From positions 14,576 to 78,575 of the forward strand of contig WLXD01000003.1 in the NCBI GenBank assembly GCA_012103255.1: a stretch of 64,000 bases of DNA, written 5' to 3'. The notes under the pieces are model-generated. The model was not told where the DNA came from and did not search any database. It saw only the letters and a program-made list of their open reading frames with translations. This DNA is from Acidobacteriota bacterium (GTDB lineage Bacteria; Acidobacteriota; UBA890; WLXD01). Positions 1 to 9,586 of the stretch are shown in pieces. Made by a program: the position numbers and the translations under genes. Every line of letters begins with the position of its first letter. The first letter of the stretch is position 1.

Positions 1-75
1 ATGTTCGACCCGCACACAATGGTTCCGAAAAGCCAGGTGTGGGAAGTTTCTTGTTCAAACACCCGCGGAGGACCT

Positions 76-1257
76 GTGCGCTTGAATTCCGGGCAGATCG
101 CGACGTTCGTTGTATCCCTTGCCGTGAGCGGCTGTGGTTCAGAGTCGCCGACACTCGCCGCGTGGGAGGGCACGCTCGAGGTTCGAGACGGGGTGACCTA
201 CGTCGAGAACACGAACACGCCGCTGTGGGGCCCGCCCAACAGTGGGTTTCTCAATCTTGTTCTCGAGCAGACCTTCGGCAGCGACACGGAAGATGACGCC
301 ATACTCGGCCGCCCCAGCGGGGTAGCCGTGGGTGCTGACGGACGCGTGTACGTCGTCGATGGGGCCGACGACCGTATCGTCGCGTTCGAGTCGGACGGCG
401 AGTTTGCATGGACCGCAGGAAAGAACGGTGAAGGCCCTGGAGAATTCAACGACGCTGACCGCATCGTCGTGAGCGGTCCAGGCGAACTCACGATCAGCGA
501 ATTCCAGGGGCGACTGCAGCGATGGACCACGTCCGGTGAGTACATCGATCGTTTCGATCTGCCGGTGCAGTTCGCTTACATGTCGGGGCTTCTCAACCAG
601 AAGCCGGTGATGGCGACCGGGATCCGCGGCACCGAGGGCGCCACCGTATCTGTACTGGGCGCGCTACCTGACCCCGAGATCGACTACGAGTTCGATGTCG
701 TGATGCATCGCGAGGAGGGCGAGCGCCCAGCCACGATCGTCGCCGGTCCGGGAATCGCGCGCGGGCAGTTTGTCTTTGGCAGCACGCGCGGTTACCGCTT
801 GACGTTTCACGGGCAGGCGGGCGAACAGCGGCGCGTCGTGACCCGTCCAGTCGACCACCTCCCCGGGGTCGTCCGAACTCCCGACTCATGGACCGTGTGG
901 GGCTGGGCCTCCCACCCCCATTCCGTCGGCGCAGAACACTGGCTGGTTACAACCCACGGCGTACGCCTCGACCAGGAGGCAGCAAACAGCGCCTTCCTCG
1001 CGATGCGAAGAGGCGACCCCGTCTCTCTTACCTGGCGGAGCACGCTGGAGTTGCTCGACGGCGAAGGCCGGCTCTTGGCCCTCGAATGCGTGGACACCGA
1101 AGTCAACGGCCGAGCCAACGCGTGGTTCGGCACCGTTGCCCACTACGACCCCGATGGGTTCCTCTACACCACGACCGACGATCCATTCCCGCAGGTCCGT
1201 CGCTACCGCCTAGAGATCAACGCACCGGCGGGATTCGATTCACCGGCTCCCGACTAG
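76..1257 (+). CDS. six-bladed beta-propeller (NHL-repeat-like) lipoprotein, paralog 1 of 5
   Basis: ORF 1..1257. NHL-like blade GRPSGVAVGADGRVYVVDGADDRIVAFESDGEF and a GEGPGEF motif shared with the other paralogs. In-frame GTG at 76 lies 4 nt after GGAGGA and gives a signal peptide ending in lipobox LAVSG-C. A start at or before base 1 cannot be excluded. Confidence 0.7.
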   Translation: MRLNSGQIATFVVSLAVSGCGSESPTLAAWEGTLEVRDGVTYVENTNTPLWGPPNSGFLNLVLEQTFGSDTEDDAILGRPSGVAVGADGRVYVVDGADDRIVAFESDGEFAWTAGKNGEGPGEFNDADRIVVSGPGELTISEFQGRLQRWTTSGEYIDRFDLPVQFAYMSGLLNQKPVMATGIRGTEGATVSVLGALPDPEIDYEFDVVMHREEGERPATIVAGPGIARGQFVFGSTRGYRLTFHGQAGEQRRVVTRPVDHLPGVVRTPDSWTVWGWASHPHSVGAEHWLVTTHGVRLDQEAANSAFLAMRRGDPVSLTWRSTLELLDGEGRLLALECVDTEVNGRANAWFGTVAHYDPDGFLYTTTDDPFPQVRRYRLEINAPAGFDSPAPD

Positions 1258-2450
1258 TCTCCCGGTCGTTGGAGTCGATAGCGAGCGACGACGTATTCCT
1301 GCGTCGCAGGGTCACGCTCAATTCGGTAAAGGTAGTCGCCACGCGCGGCGTCCCATCCGTCGATCGGACTCAGGCCCGTGAACAGCCGTTCGCCGTCCGG
1401 AGAATAGACGTCCACGGGCACTGGCCGGTGTATCTCCTGCCACTCCTCGCGCGTTCTGTCGGCGTGTAGGAACACGTAGAGGTTTCCAGAACCGTCGACC
1501 TCCAGGTTCTCGATCGTGGCGAAGTGCTCCGGCCAAAAAAGGCTGCCGGGATCGCTCGACACGCGCCACCCAGGCCCGTACTCCGGGAGATCGCTGCCGA
1601 TTACTGAACGCTTGAACTCCTCGCTCGGTCCCGGCGCGGTGTAGTCAGTGCGGAGCGCCCACACAGGATCACCGCCCGGTGTCAGAGCAAGCACCTGATA
1701 GGCGCGCCCGTCTGTCACGTAGACGGCACCTGCCGAGAATGCGCCTCGGGGGTCGGGAGCGGTGACCGGGATTTCGCCGCCACCTCGCGGGTTTGCCCAG
1801 TAGGCATCCGGCTTGCGCTCCAGCTCGAAGATCTTGTGGACCAACTTCCCGTCGAGCGAATGCAGCCCCACGCTCCACCGCGCCGGGCGCGGCCCCTCGG
1901 ACGTGACCATGGCCTCCTGGGCATCAACGGCAAGGAAGCCGTCGCCGGCTCCGGTCATCAGCGCTGGCGTGAAGCTGCCCGGCATCCCGTGATCAGCCAC
2001 GTGGTTACCCTGGAGGTCAAACACGCTCAGGCGCGCGAGTCTCCGACTATGCAGAAAGACGCGATCGCCGATGACCGCGACCAGGTGGGGGTAGGCCAGT
2101 TCGCCGGGACCACCGCCTGCGCGGCCGAAGACGCTGCGTACCTTCCCTTCCTCCCCGAACACCGCGACCTGGTGACCCGCCTGGTCGAGAACATATAGAA
2201 CTCCGGCGTCGTCAAGGCTTACGGCCCCAAGGCGCCCGAACGGAACCCCGAGAGCCCCTGCCAGGGCCAGGTCGCGCTCAACCATCAGGTGTTCGGTCCG
2301 CGCCTCCAAGCTCACGTGCGGAAACTCGTGGACGGGAGTCTCCGCGGGGACCGGCATCGACCAGTCGGAATGGGCGCGAGTGGACTCCGAGGAGCAGGCC
2401 ATCTGGACGAGCAGCACCGCCACTAACGGAACGATCTGACGTGTTCCCAT
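1254..2450 (-). CDS. six-bladed beta-propeller (NHL-repeat-like) lipoprotein, paralog 2 of 5
   Basis: ORF 1254..2477. ATG at 2450 gives MGTRQIVPLVAVLLVQMAC (lipobox-like). Blade motif GAVSLDDAGVLYVLDQAGHQVAVFGEEGKV, GGGPGEL motif, and a C-terminal ...YVVARYRLQRPGD tail like the other paralogs. Confidence 0.7.
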   Translation of the reverse strand: MGTRQIVPLVAVLLVQMACSSESTRAHSDWSMPVPAETPVHEFPHVSLEARTEHLMVERDLALAGALGVPFGRLGAVSLDDAGVLYVLDQAGHQVAVFGEEGKVRSVFGRAGGGPGELAYPHLVAVIGDRVFLHSRRLARLSVFDLQGNHVADHGMPGSFTPALMTGAGDGFLAVDAQEAMVTSEGPRPARWSVGLHSLDGKLVHKIFELERKPDAYWANPRGGGEIPVTAPDPRGAFSAGAVYVTDGRAYQVLALTPGGDPVWALRTDYTAPGPSEEFKRSVIGSDLPEYGPGWRVSSDPGSLFWPEHFATIENLEVDGSGNLYVFLHADRTREEWQEIHRPVPVDVYSPDGERLFTGLSPIDGWDAARGDYLYRIERDPATQEYVVARYRLQRPGD

Positions 2451-2535
2451 CGCGGCATCCCCCGGTCCGACTCGCAACCTACTGATCCGACGATACCAGG
2501 GCCGCTTCTCACGACGCCCTGCGGCTCAGCAACCC

Positions 2536-3753
2536 TCACTCGTAGCGGAGCGCATCGATGGGGTTGAGCTTCGAGGCCTGACGGGCCGGGAAAAAGCCGA
2601 AGAACATCCCCACTGCACTCGCGAAGCCGACAGCCACCAGGGTCATCGCGGGCGAAACGGCGACGCCCCAACCCGCGAACCGCGCCAGCGCGAACGCTCC
2701 TGCTGTGCCAAGGGTCAGCCCGATGAAACCGCCGAGAGTGCTCAGCACGATGCTCTCGAAAAGGAACTGCCGCCGGATGTCGACGCCGCGAGCGCCAAGC
2801 GCGAGGCGGAGGCCAATCTCGCGCGTCCGCTCGGTCACCGACACGAGCATGATGTTCATGATGCCGATACCGCCCACGAGCAGAGAAATGCTCGCGATGG
2901 AGGCCAGCAACAGGGTCATCACTTGCGTCGTGCTCTGCGCTGCGGCGGCGAGTTCATTCTGATTGCGCACAGTGAAATCATCGGGGATGGCCCCAGCCAA
3001 CTCGTGCGCATCGCGCATGATCAGCTTGATCTCAGCCTGGGCCTCGACAATCAGGTCCGGTGAGGACGTGCTCGCGAGGATCTGTGGAATCCAGGAGCGC
3101 CCGGCGAGGCGCGTCTGCACCGTTGTGTAGGGCGCGACAATCACGTCGTCCTGATCGGTTCCCTCCGGAGTCTGTCCTTTCGGGGCGAGCACTCCGACGA
3201 CCTGAAACGGGACGGTGCCGAGCCTCACCTGCTCCCCCACGGGGTCGATCCCCGAGAACAGAGAGTCGGCGACGGTCCGCCCGAGCACGACCACCTTCCG
3301 CATACTTTGCACGTCGGCCTCGTCGAAGAAGACTCCTGAGGTCATCGGCCAATCTCGGATTGTCTGGTAGTCCGTAGCCACCCCGAGAATGCTCGTACGC
3401 CAGTTGCCGCTTCCGCCGACCGCCTGGGTGCGGGTGGAAATAACCGGCGATAGCGCCGCCAGGAGCACGCTCTCTCGACGGAGATAGTCCACGTCTCCAA
3501 CCGTCAGGGCATTGGCCGTGGCCGCACCCTGACTCACACCACCGCTGTTCGTCGACCCGGGAGTGATCACGATCATGTTGGTGCCGAGCCCGTTGATCTG
3601 CTCCTGGATCTGCGCCTGAGCCCCCTCGCCGATGGCGACCATGATGATGACAGCCCCTACCCCGATCACGATGCCGAGCATCGTCAGGAAAGTGCGGGTC
3701 TTGTTCTTGGCAATGCTGTCGATCGCGACTTTCGTGAGCACCTTCGCGTTCAT
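2536..3753 (-). CDS. MacB-type ABC transporter permease (FtsX family)
   Basis: N-terminal TM TFLTMLGIVIGVGAVIIMVAIG, a large periplasmic domain, and a C-terminal FtsX 4-TM bundle ending ...SKLNPIDALRYE. ATG at 3753 (MNAKVL) is 2 nt after the ATPase stop. The longer ORF-track start at 3801 overlaps the ATPase gene and is rejected. Confidence 0.85.
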   Translation of the reverse strand: MNAKVLTKVAIDSIAKNKTRTFLTMLGIVIGVGAVIIMVAIGEGAQAQIQEQINGLGTNMIVITPGSTNSGGVSQGAATANALTVGDVDYLRRESVLLAALSPVISTRTQAVGGSGNWRTSILGVATDYQTIRDWPMTSGVFFDEADVQSMRKVVVLGRTVADSLFSGIDPVGEQVRLGTVPFQVVGVLAPKGQTPEGTDQDDVIVAPYTTVQTRLAGRSWIPQILASTSSPDLIVEAQAEIKLIMRDAHELAGAIPDDFTVRNQNELAAAAQSTTQVMTLLLASIASISLLVGGIGIMNIMLVSVTERTREIGLRLALGARGVDIRRQFLFESIVLSTLGGFIGLTLGTAGAFALARFAGWGVAVSPAMTLVAVGFASAVGMFFGFFPARQASKLNPIDALRYE

Positions 3754-3755
3754 GA

Positions 3756-4508
3756 CTAGATCACCATCTCGGCTGTCGAGGAGTGCGCGCCGGGTTGGCA
3801 CGCCATCCGGCGATCCGCAACGACTTCGTCGCTCACGATCAATCCGTCGCGCAGCACGACTCTGCGTTCAGCGTGTCTCGCGATGTCGTCCTCGTGAGTC
3901 ACCAGGAGAATGGTCATCCCCTGGGCGTGGAGTTCCTGGAAGAGGGTCATGACCTCGGCGGAGGTGCGCGTGTCGAGATTCCCCGTGGGTTCGTCGGCCA
4001 AGAGGAGGGCGGGCTGGGTGACGAGCGCGCGGGCAATCGCGACGCGCTGCTGCTGGCCGCCGGAGAGCTCGTTGGGTTCGTGGTCCAATCGATCAGCCAG
4101 GCCGACACGCTCAAGAGCGGCCGCCGCCAACTCTTCCGTTTCCAGCCTTCGGTCCGTCCGATCGTAGAGCAGCGGCAATTCGACGTTCTCGAGCGCGCTG
4201 GTACGGGGCAGCAGATTGAAGCCCTGGAAAACGAAGCCGATCCTCAGGTTCCGCACATCGGCCAACTCATCCCGTCCCAGTTCATCAACGCGCATGCCGT
4301 CCAGGTGGTACGTCCCGCTGGTGGCGTAGTCGAGACAACCCAGGATGTTCATCAACGTGGACTTCCCCGAGCCCGAAGTGCCCATGATCGCCACCATCTC
4401 GCCCTGATCCACGCGGAAGTCCACCTCGCGCAACGCGAGGACCGATGTCGGGCCCTGCCCGTAGATTCTCGTGAGACCGTCCGTCCGAATGACTGGTTGT
4501 TGATTCAC
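3756..4508 (-). CDS. ABC transporter ATP-binding protein (MacB/LolD-type)
   Basis: Walker [10 protein letters not shown], signature [15 protein letters not shown], Walker [14 protein letters not shown]-loop VTHE. Tightly spaced between the adaptor and permease genes. Confidence 0.9.
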   Translation of the reverse strand: MNQQPVIRTDGLTRIYGQGPTSVLALREVDFRVDQGEMVAIMGTSGSGKSTLMNILGCLDYATSGTYHLDGMRVDELGRDELADVRNLRIGFVFQGFNLLPRTSALENVELPLLYDRTDRRLETEELAAAALERVGLADRLDHEPNELSGGQQQRVAIARALVTQPALLLADEPTGNLDTRTSAEVMTLFQELHAQGMTILLVTHEDDIARHAERRVVLRDGLIVSDEVVADRRMACQPGAHSSTAEMVI

Positions 4509-4518
4509 CCTGACCTCG

Positions 4519-5964
4519 CTACCTGAAGCCGCGTTGCGGCGGGTTGCTCGTGCTCGACTGGAACGGATTCACCACCGACTGCGACTCCTGTGTCATCCCC
4601 GCCACAAGTTGCATGCCGGCCTCGAGGTCGCGACCACGAACCTCGGTCCACTGCCCGTCCGAGATCCCCGTAGCGACGCGCAGGGGCACAAGGTCGCCGC
4701 TGTCGTCCAGGTACCACACCCGGGTAGCGGCACCCTGGCCTGCTCCCCTGATCGTGGCCTGATCGCGACTCGCGCCGGGTACGCGTTCGGCTCCGCCTCG
4801 CGGGCCCTGGCCGCCGGCTCCACGAGCGCCGCGCTCGCCACCACCGCTGCGCTCATCGCCAGCGCCGCCTCGACCCGCAGCTGCGCCAGCGGTGGCGCTT
4901 GGACCAACTGGCAAGAAACGCAGCGCCGCGTTGGGCACGCGCAGCACATCGGCAGCGCTCTCGACTATGAAGTCGACGGTTGCGGTCATGCCGGGCAGCA
5001 GTCGACGATCTCGATTGTCGACGTCCACGACGACCGTGTAGGTCACCACGCTGTCGGCCGTCGTGGACTGCAGTCGTACCTGCCGAACAATCCCGTCGAA
5101 GGTCGCGTCGCGATACGCCTGCACCTCGAACCGCGCCGCCTGTCCCGGTTCCACCAGGCCGATGTCGCTTTCATCCACCGAGACAAGGATCTGCATGCTC
5201 GACAGGTCGGCAGCGATCATGAAGAGCTGTGGCGCCGACAGGCTCGCCGCTACGGTTTGCCCCAGGTCCACATTGCGCTCGATCACGGTCCCCGATATCG
5301 GCGCGTAGATCGTGGCGTAGGACAAGTTCTGTCGGGCTCGGTCGACGGCAATCTCCGAGGAGGCGACGGTCTGCTCGGCCACTTCGAGCGAATACTGAGC
5401 AGTCTCCAACTCCACCTGCGACGTCAGTCCGCCCTGCCAGAGTCGCTCGGACTTGCTGTGCTCGCTCTGCGCATGACTCAGTTGTGCGAGATTGCGCGCG
5501 AGCGAGGTCTCCGCCTCGAGAACCGCGGCTTCGAGCAGCTTCGGATCGATCTTCGCGACGACCTGCCCGGCCGTCACCTCATCGTTGAAGTCCACATAGA
5601 TCTCCGAGATGATCCCGGACACTTGCGTCCCCACGCGCACGGTTGTCACAGCATCGAGCATCCCGGTGCTCGCCACAACGCGGTCGATACGGCCCCGGTC
5701 CACACCGACGAACCGGTAGGTAACGCCCATCTCGGCGCTCGCGAAATAGCCGTACCAGGTCCCGCCTCCGGCAATCACCAGCAGCAGCAAGGCCCACAGC
5801 CCCCTCCGTCGCCGGCGCTTCGCCCGCAAGGCAGCGCGGCGATTGAGTGCCGCACGTGCGCTGGGCGATTCGGCCGACGGCTGTGTATCGACCGACTCGG
5901 CGGTATCAGACCGGGCTGGCAGTGTGTCGCTGCCGTGGATCGACATCGTATTGGCTTCCTTCAT
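4519..5964 (-). CDS. efflux periplasmic adaptor subunit (MacA/HlyD family)
   Basis: N-terminal TM LWALLLLVIAGGG, lipoyl-like GIISEIYVDFNDEVTAGQVVAKIDP and YAPISGTVIERNVDLGQTV, coiled-coil hairpin between them. First gene of the adaptor/ATPase/permease operon. An alternative ATG at 5946 has a better AGGAAG SD. Confidence 0.85.
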   Translation of the reverse strand: MKEANTMSIHGSDTLPARSDTAESVDTQPSAESPSARAALNRRAALRAKRRRRRGLWALLLLVIAGGGTWYGYFASAEMGVTYRFVGVDRGRIDRVVASTGMLDAVTTVRVGTQVSGIISEIYVDFNDEVTAGQVVAKIDPKLLEAAVLEAETSLARNLAQLSHAQSEHSKSERLWQGGLTSQVELETAQYSLEVAEQTVASSEIAVDRARQNLSYATIYAPISGTVIERNVDLGQTVAASLSAPQLFMIAADLSSMQILVSVDESDIGLVEPGQAARFEVQAYRDATFDGIVRQVRLQSTTADSVVTYTVVVDVDNRDRRLLPGMTATVDFIVESAADVLRVPNAALRFLPVGPSATAGAAAGRGGAGDERSGGGERGARGAGGQGPRGGAERVPGASRDQATIRGAGQGAATRVWYLDDSGDLVPLRVATGISDGQWTEVRGRDLEAGMQLVAGMTQESQSVVNPFQSSTSNPPQRGFR

Positions 5965-5993
5965 CGTGGCCCCCTACAGCCGCTGCAGCCGCG

Positions 5994-6560
5994 CTAGTCG
6001 ACGCGTTCGAATACGCGTCGGGTCGTGCTGGAACTCCCATCCCGCGATGGCATCTCGATCGTGACTACCAGGCGATCGCCGTTGATCAGCTCGTAACCCA
6101 GGACGGCACCCTGTTGTTCTGGTCGCACGACCAGCTTCTGACCCTGCCAGGAGGCCCCGGCTCCGCCGGGCTCGACGGCCATCGTCGTGCGCACTTCCGT
6201 CGAGCCCGCTCGAACGACGAAGGCCTCGCCGTCAAACTGAGTCTCGAGTTGAGTCGCAGACATCAACGGAGCCACGGCGCTACCACCGCCTGAGTCGCGC
6301 TCCCCGGATCCTCCACGTCCGCCGCCTCCGCGTCCGCCACCACCTCGGCCACCCCCGCGGGACGGAGGTTCGGGAGGCGCGTCGCTCAGATTCGGGTCGA
6401 GCTTCCATGTCCCCTCAAGTACCTTGGCGTCCTGCTCTTCCGTGGCCGCGGCAAGGGGACCGGCCAGTGCGCTCACAGTGACCAATACCGCCACAGCAGT
6501 GGCGATCCCAGCCGCGGCAGGTCGCGACCGCCGTCTCGGACCGGTCGAGTTCGTGTCCAT
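5994..6560 (-). CDS. exported hypothetical protein with internal RGG-type Gly/Arg repeat
   Basis: ATG at 6560 is preceded by AGGAGGA at 7 nt. Signal-like N-terminus MDTNSTGPRRRSRPAAAGIATAVAVLVTVSALAG. Repeat SRGGGRGGGGRGGGGRGGSGERDSGGGS, then a beta-rich C-terminal part. The ORF-track start at 6683 is rejected. Confidence 0.6.
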   Translation of the reverse strand: MDTNSTGPRRRSRPAAAGIATAVAVLVTVSALAGPLAAATEEQDAKVLEGTWKLDPNLSDAPPEPPSRGGGRGGGGRGGGGRGGSGERDSGGGSAVAPLMSATQLETQFDGEAFVVRAGSTEVRTTMAVEPGGAGASWQGQKLVVRPEQQGAVLGYELINGDRLVVTIEMPSRDGSSSTTRRVFERVD

Positions 6561-6634
6561 GGCTCCGTCCTCCTGGTGCTGAAGGGCCGCCACCCCGTCA
6601 CGGAGCGTCTGCCCGGTTGCTAGTGGACGCCGGC

Positions 6635-6671
6635 CGTGCCGGCCCTGTTCAACCCCGTGCTGGCCGGCACG
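6635..6671. promoter_or_regulatory. perfect 10-bp inverted repeat (CGTGCCGGCC-N17-GGCCGGCACG) in a divergent promoter region
   Basis: Read directly from the sequence. It lies between the divergent starts at 6560 (-) and about 6825 (+). Function unknown (operator or RNA hairpin). Confidence 0.35.
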
Positions 6672-6824
6672 ACCAGTCGTCACCTCGTATTCACTAGGAC
6701 GAAAGAGAGGCCCGTGGCGTCGTCAGCGAGCAGTCGGAGATTGTCAGCCTTCGTAAGGAACCAGATCGTTGCCCGTTCCCGGGGCTGTACTGTTGGACCG
6801 TCGACCGCACCGGAAACGAGTCCA

Positions 6825-7508
6825 GTGAATCTTCAGGCGCTACTGATTGACGACGACATCGAACTCGCCGAGGCAACCCGCGAGGTCTGCGGGCTGTATT
6901 CGATCGACTGCGACGTCGTGCACGACGGGACGGAAGGACTGCGGCGTGCCGCCGAGCGGCGCTACGACGTTGTGGTGCTCGACGTCATGCTCCCCGGCCT
7001 CGATGGCTTCTCGGTGCTTACCGAACTCCGCAAGACGAGCGGTGTTCCCGTGATCATGCTCACGGCCAGAGGGGCGGGAGAAGATCGCGTGCGAGGACTC
7101 GAACTGGGTGCTGACGACTACCTGCCAAAACCGTTCCATGGGCGCGAGCTCGTTACACGAATACGTGCCGTCGCCAGACGAGCAACGGCGCGACCAGAGT
7201 CGCCAGGACGCCTGGCCGTCGGCGCGATCGCGATCGACCCTAGCGCCCGCGCTGTATACCGACATGACGAAGAGATCGCGATGACGACGCTCGAATTCGA
7301 TGTCCTTCACCAGCTGATGAAATCCGCCGGTGCCGCGGTGACGCGCGATGATTTCGCCCGACACCTGTATGGCCGTGAAGCTTCCGCTTTCGACCGCTCC
7401 ATCGACAATCACGTGATGAACCTGCGCGACAAACTCGGCCGCGACGCCATCGTCACGGTGCGCGGGGTCGGCTACATGCTTCCACTGGTCTCCGGGAACG
7501 ACGGATGA
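6825..7508 (+). CDS. OmpR/PhoB-family response regulator (receiver + winged helix)
   Basis: Receiver LQALLIDDDIELAE...DVVVLDVMLPGLDGF...MLTARG, linker LGADDYLPKPF, wHTH ...TVRGVGYML. GTG at 6825 chosen because the receiver domain begins there; the start is uncertain (the ORF track extends to 6636). Confidence 0.8.
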   Translation: MNLQALLIDDDIELAEATREVCGLYSIDCDVVHDGTEGLRRAAERRYDVVVLDVMLPGLDGFSVLTELRKTSGVPVIMLTARGAGEDRVRGLELGADDYLPKPFHGRELVTRIRAVARRATARPESPGRLAVGAIAIDPSARAVYRHDEEIAMTTLEFDVLHQLMKSAGAAVTRDDFARHLYGREASAFDRSIDNHVMNLRDKLGRDAIVTVRGVGYMLPLVSGNDG

Positions 7509-8812
7509 CACGCCCGTTGTTCTGGCGCACCTTGGTGGCCATCGCGGCTGTAGCCTGGCTTAGCGTCGTCGGTGCGATGTTCCTCTGGACCTATCTCGCC
7601 CCGCAGACTGGCACGACCCTACGGGAAGTCATCCAGGCGTCGCGAGAGCTGGAACTCGCATACAGGCGTTTCGGAGTCGATGAAGCACGCCAGGCGCAGG
7701 ATGATTTCCAGAGCCAGTTCGGCACACGCCCCTATCTGGTGGATGCCCTCGGGCGCGACTTACTCGATGGCGAGACCCGGGCAAACCTCGTGACGCCACA
7801 GCGCGACGGCTCCACAGTCGCGCTCGCTGATGCCGGCGCCGACGGACGCCAGGCAGGTGTACGCGTAGGCTTTGAGGCCGGCACGATCGAAGGACGGTTC
7901 CACGGGCGATGGCCTCGTCAGGTCGCCTATGGCGCGCTGCTCGCGCTGCCCCTCATCGTGATGTTCAGCTGGCCGCTGGCGCGCCGACTCACCGCTCCTG
8001 TCGCACAACTCGAGCGGGTCGTCGAACGATTTGGTACCGGCGACTTCGGCGCTCGCGCGACCCCAACCGGAGACGATGAGGTTGGAAGACTGAGCTCGGC
8101 TTTCAATGAAATGGCCGATCAAGTGCAGACCGTGCTCACGAAGCACCGCCAGCTGCTGTTTGACGTGTCGCATGAACTCCGCACGCCACTGGCCCGACTC
8201 CTGCTCTATGTGGAACTCCTCGAGTCCGAAGGCGCGTCGGTGGATCGCATGAACCGAGAGATCGATCGCCTGGACCAACTGCTCGAGCAGATCTTGGCCC
8301 TCGCGCGCGTGGAAACCCCGGAGGCAATCGCCGCGCGTATACCGACCCGTCTCGATGAGCTCGTTGAGGACGTAGTCGACGCCTGCGAGGTCGAAGCGAA
8401 CGCTGCAGGGTGTCGCCTGGCGCTCAACACAAGCGCACCGGCGGTGGTGCAGTCCACACCGGATCTTCTGCGCAGCGCCATCGAGAACATCATCCGCAAC
8501 GCGATCGACCACGCGCCCCCAGACACGGTGGTCGATATTGACCTAGCGATCACCGCAGACACGGCCCGTGTGCAGGTGCGTGATCACGGCCCTGGCGCGT
8601 CGGAGCCCGACCTTCAGCGATTGTTCGAACCCTTCTTCCGCGGCGAACCGTCACGTCCCGGAAGTCACGGCCTCGGCCTGGCCATCTCACAGGGCGCCGT
8701 GGCATCGCATCAGGGAACCATCGCTGCGGCCAATGCTCAGCCGGGCCTACGCGTGACCGTGTCCTTGCCGGTCTCGGCGGCGACGCCGCGCGACGAGCGC
8801 ATTGCCGACTAG
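7505..8812 (+). CDS. sensor histidine kinase (2 TM, HAMP, HisKA, HATPase_c)
   Basis: H-box FDVSHELRTPLARL, N-box IRNAIDHAP, G-boxes DHGPG and GLGLAI. ATGA overlap with the response regulator stop. Confidence 0.85.
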   Translation: MTRPLFWRTLVAIAAVAWLSVVGAMFLWTYLAPQTGTTLREVIQASRELELAYRRFGVDEARQAQDDFQSQFGTRPYLVDALGRDLLDGETRANLVTPQRDGSTVALADAGADGRQAGVRVGFEAGTIEGRFHGRWPRQVAYGALLALPLIVMFSWPLARRLTAPVAQLERVVERFGTGDFGARATPTGDDEVGRLSSAFNEMADQVQTVLTKHRQLLFDVSHELRTPLARLLLYVELLESEGASVDRMNREIDRLDQLLEQILALARVETPEAIAARIPTRLDELVEDVVDACEVEANAAGCRLALNTSAPAVVQSTPDLLRSAIENIIRNAIDHAPPDTVVDIDLAITADTARVQVRDHGPGASEPDLQRLFEPFFRGEPSRPGSHGLGLAISQGAVASHQGTIAAANAQPGLRVTVSLPVSAATPRDERIAD

Positions 8813-8947
8813 CCCTTTACCGAGACAGACGAACTCGGATGCGCCGCTGACGACTCCACGGAACTCGCGGCGTCTCAACTTCCTGAACACAAACAACCAC
8901 CCGCTGCCCGCACTCGGTGCGAGCACACGCAGTTCAGGAGACGTGAG

Positions 8948-9337
8948 ATGCCTCGCAGAGCAAGAGCAGTCCTTCTTGGTCTAACCATGTCGTTGGCGGC
9001 ATGCGCGGACGACCAGCCGACACTCACTGTGGTCGACACATTCACCGGGCAACTGAGCTCCGGAAGCGTCAGCGCCCACAGCTTCTTCGCGTCGAGCGAT
9101 GGTGATGTGGTGGTCGGCTTCGACACCCTGAGCGGTTCGGGCATCACCATCGGCGCCTACTTCGGGACGCCGGACGGCGACGGATGCGTCGAGCAAGCCT
9201 CCTACGCACCGGTGACCGAGGCCAGCGAATTGGTCCTGTCAATCGGAGAGCCTGGTGACTACTGCGTGGCTCTGTACGACATCGGGCTCCTGGGCACCGT
9301 GACAATCGACTACGAGATCACGGTCGTTCATCCGTAG
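8948..9337 (+). CDS. small hypothetical lipoprotein
   Basis: AGGAGA 7 nt upstream of the ATG. Signal MPRRARAVLLGLTMSLAAC with lipobox. High third-position GC. No recognisable domain. Confidence 0.5.
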   Translation: MPRRARAVLLGLTMSLAACADDQPTLTVVDTFTGQLSSGSVSAHSFFASSDGDVVVGFDTLSGSGITIGAYFGTPDGDGCVEQASYAPVTEASELVLSIGEPGDYCVALYDIGLLGTVTIDYEITVVHP

Positions 9338-9586
9338 CTCTTTCCAACCCCTGCCATGGTTACGCACCTGTCGTGCCGATCGTGCTCATGAGCATCGCCC
9401 CTTTGGAGGAGGGCGCGCTCCTCGCCGCGTGGACACATAACGCCGACGTCATGAAGGCGCAAGCCGGCTACATCGCCACCAAAACGCGCCCATCCCGCAC
9501 GACAGACAAGATTCTCAGGCAAGTCTCGGCCAGGAGTGCGACATTCGCGTCAAACACTCTAGGGAGGATACGGAGGCCGAATCGCG

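Noticed and set aside
4735-4915. Gly/Arg/Ala-rich low-complexity insertion in MacA (…AGRGGAGDERSGGGERGARGAGGQGPRGG…)
   Set aside because: Variable Gly-rich linkers at this position (after the ...LRFxP strand) are common in high-GC HlyD-family adaptors, so it is not treated as a novel element.
3783-5997. Long plus-strand ORFs (3783..4526, 4534..5997) opposite the ABC ATPase and MacA genes
   Set aside because: Their translations are Arg/Gly/His/Pro-rich with no motifs, while the minus-strand frames carry Walker, signature and HlyD motifs. This is the typical shadow-ORF pattern of high-GC DNA.
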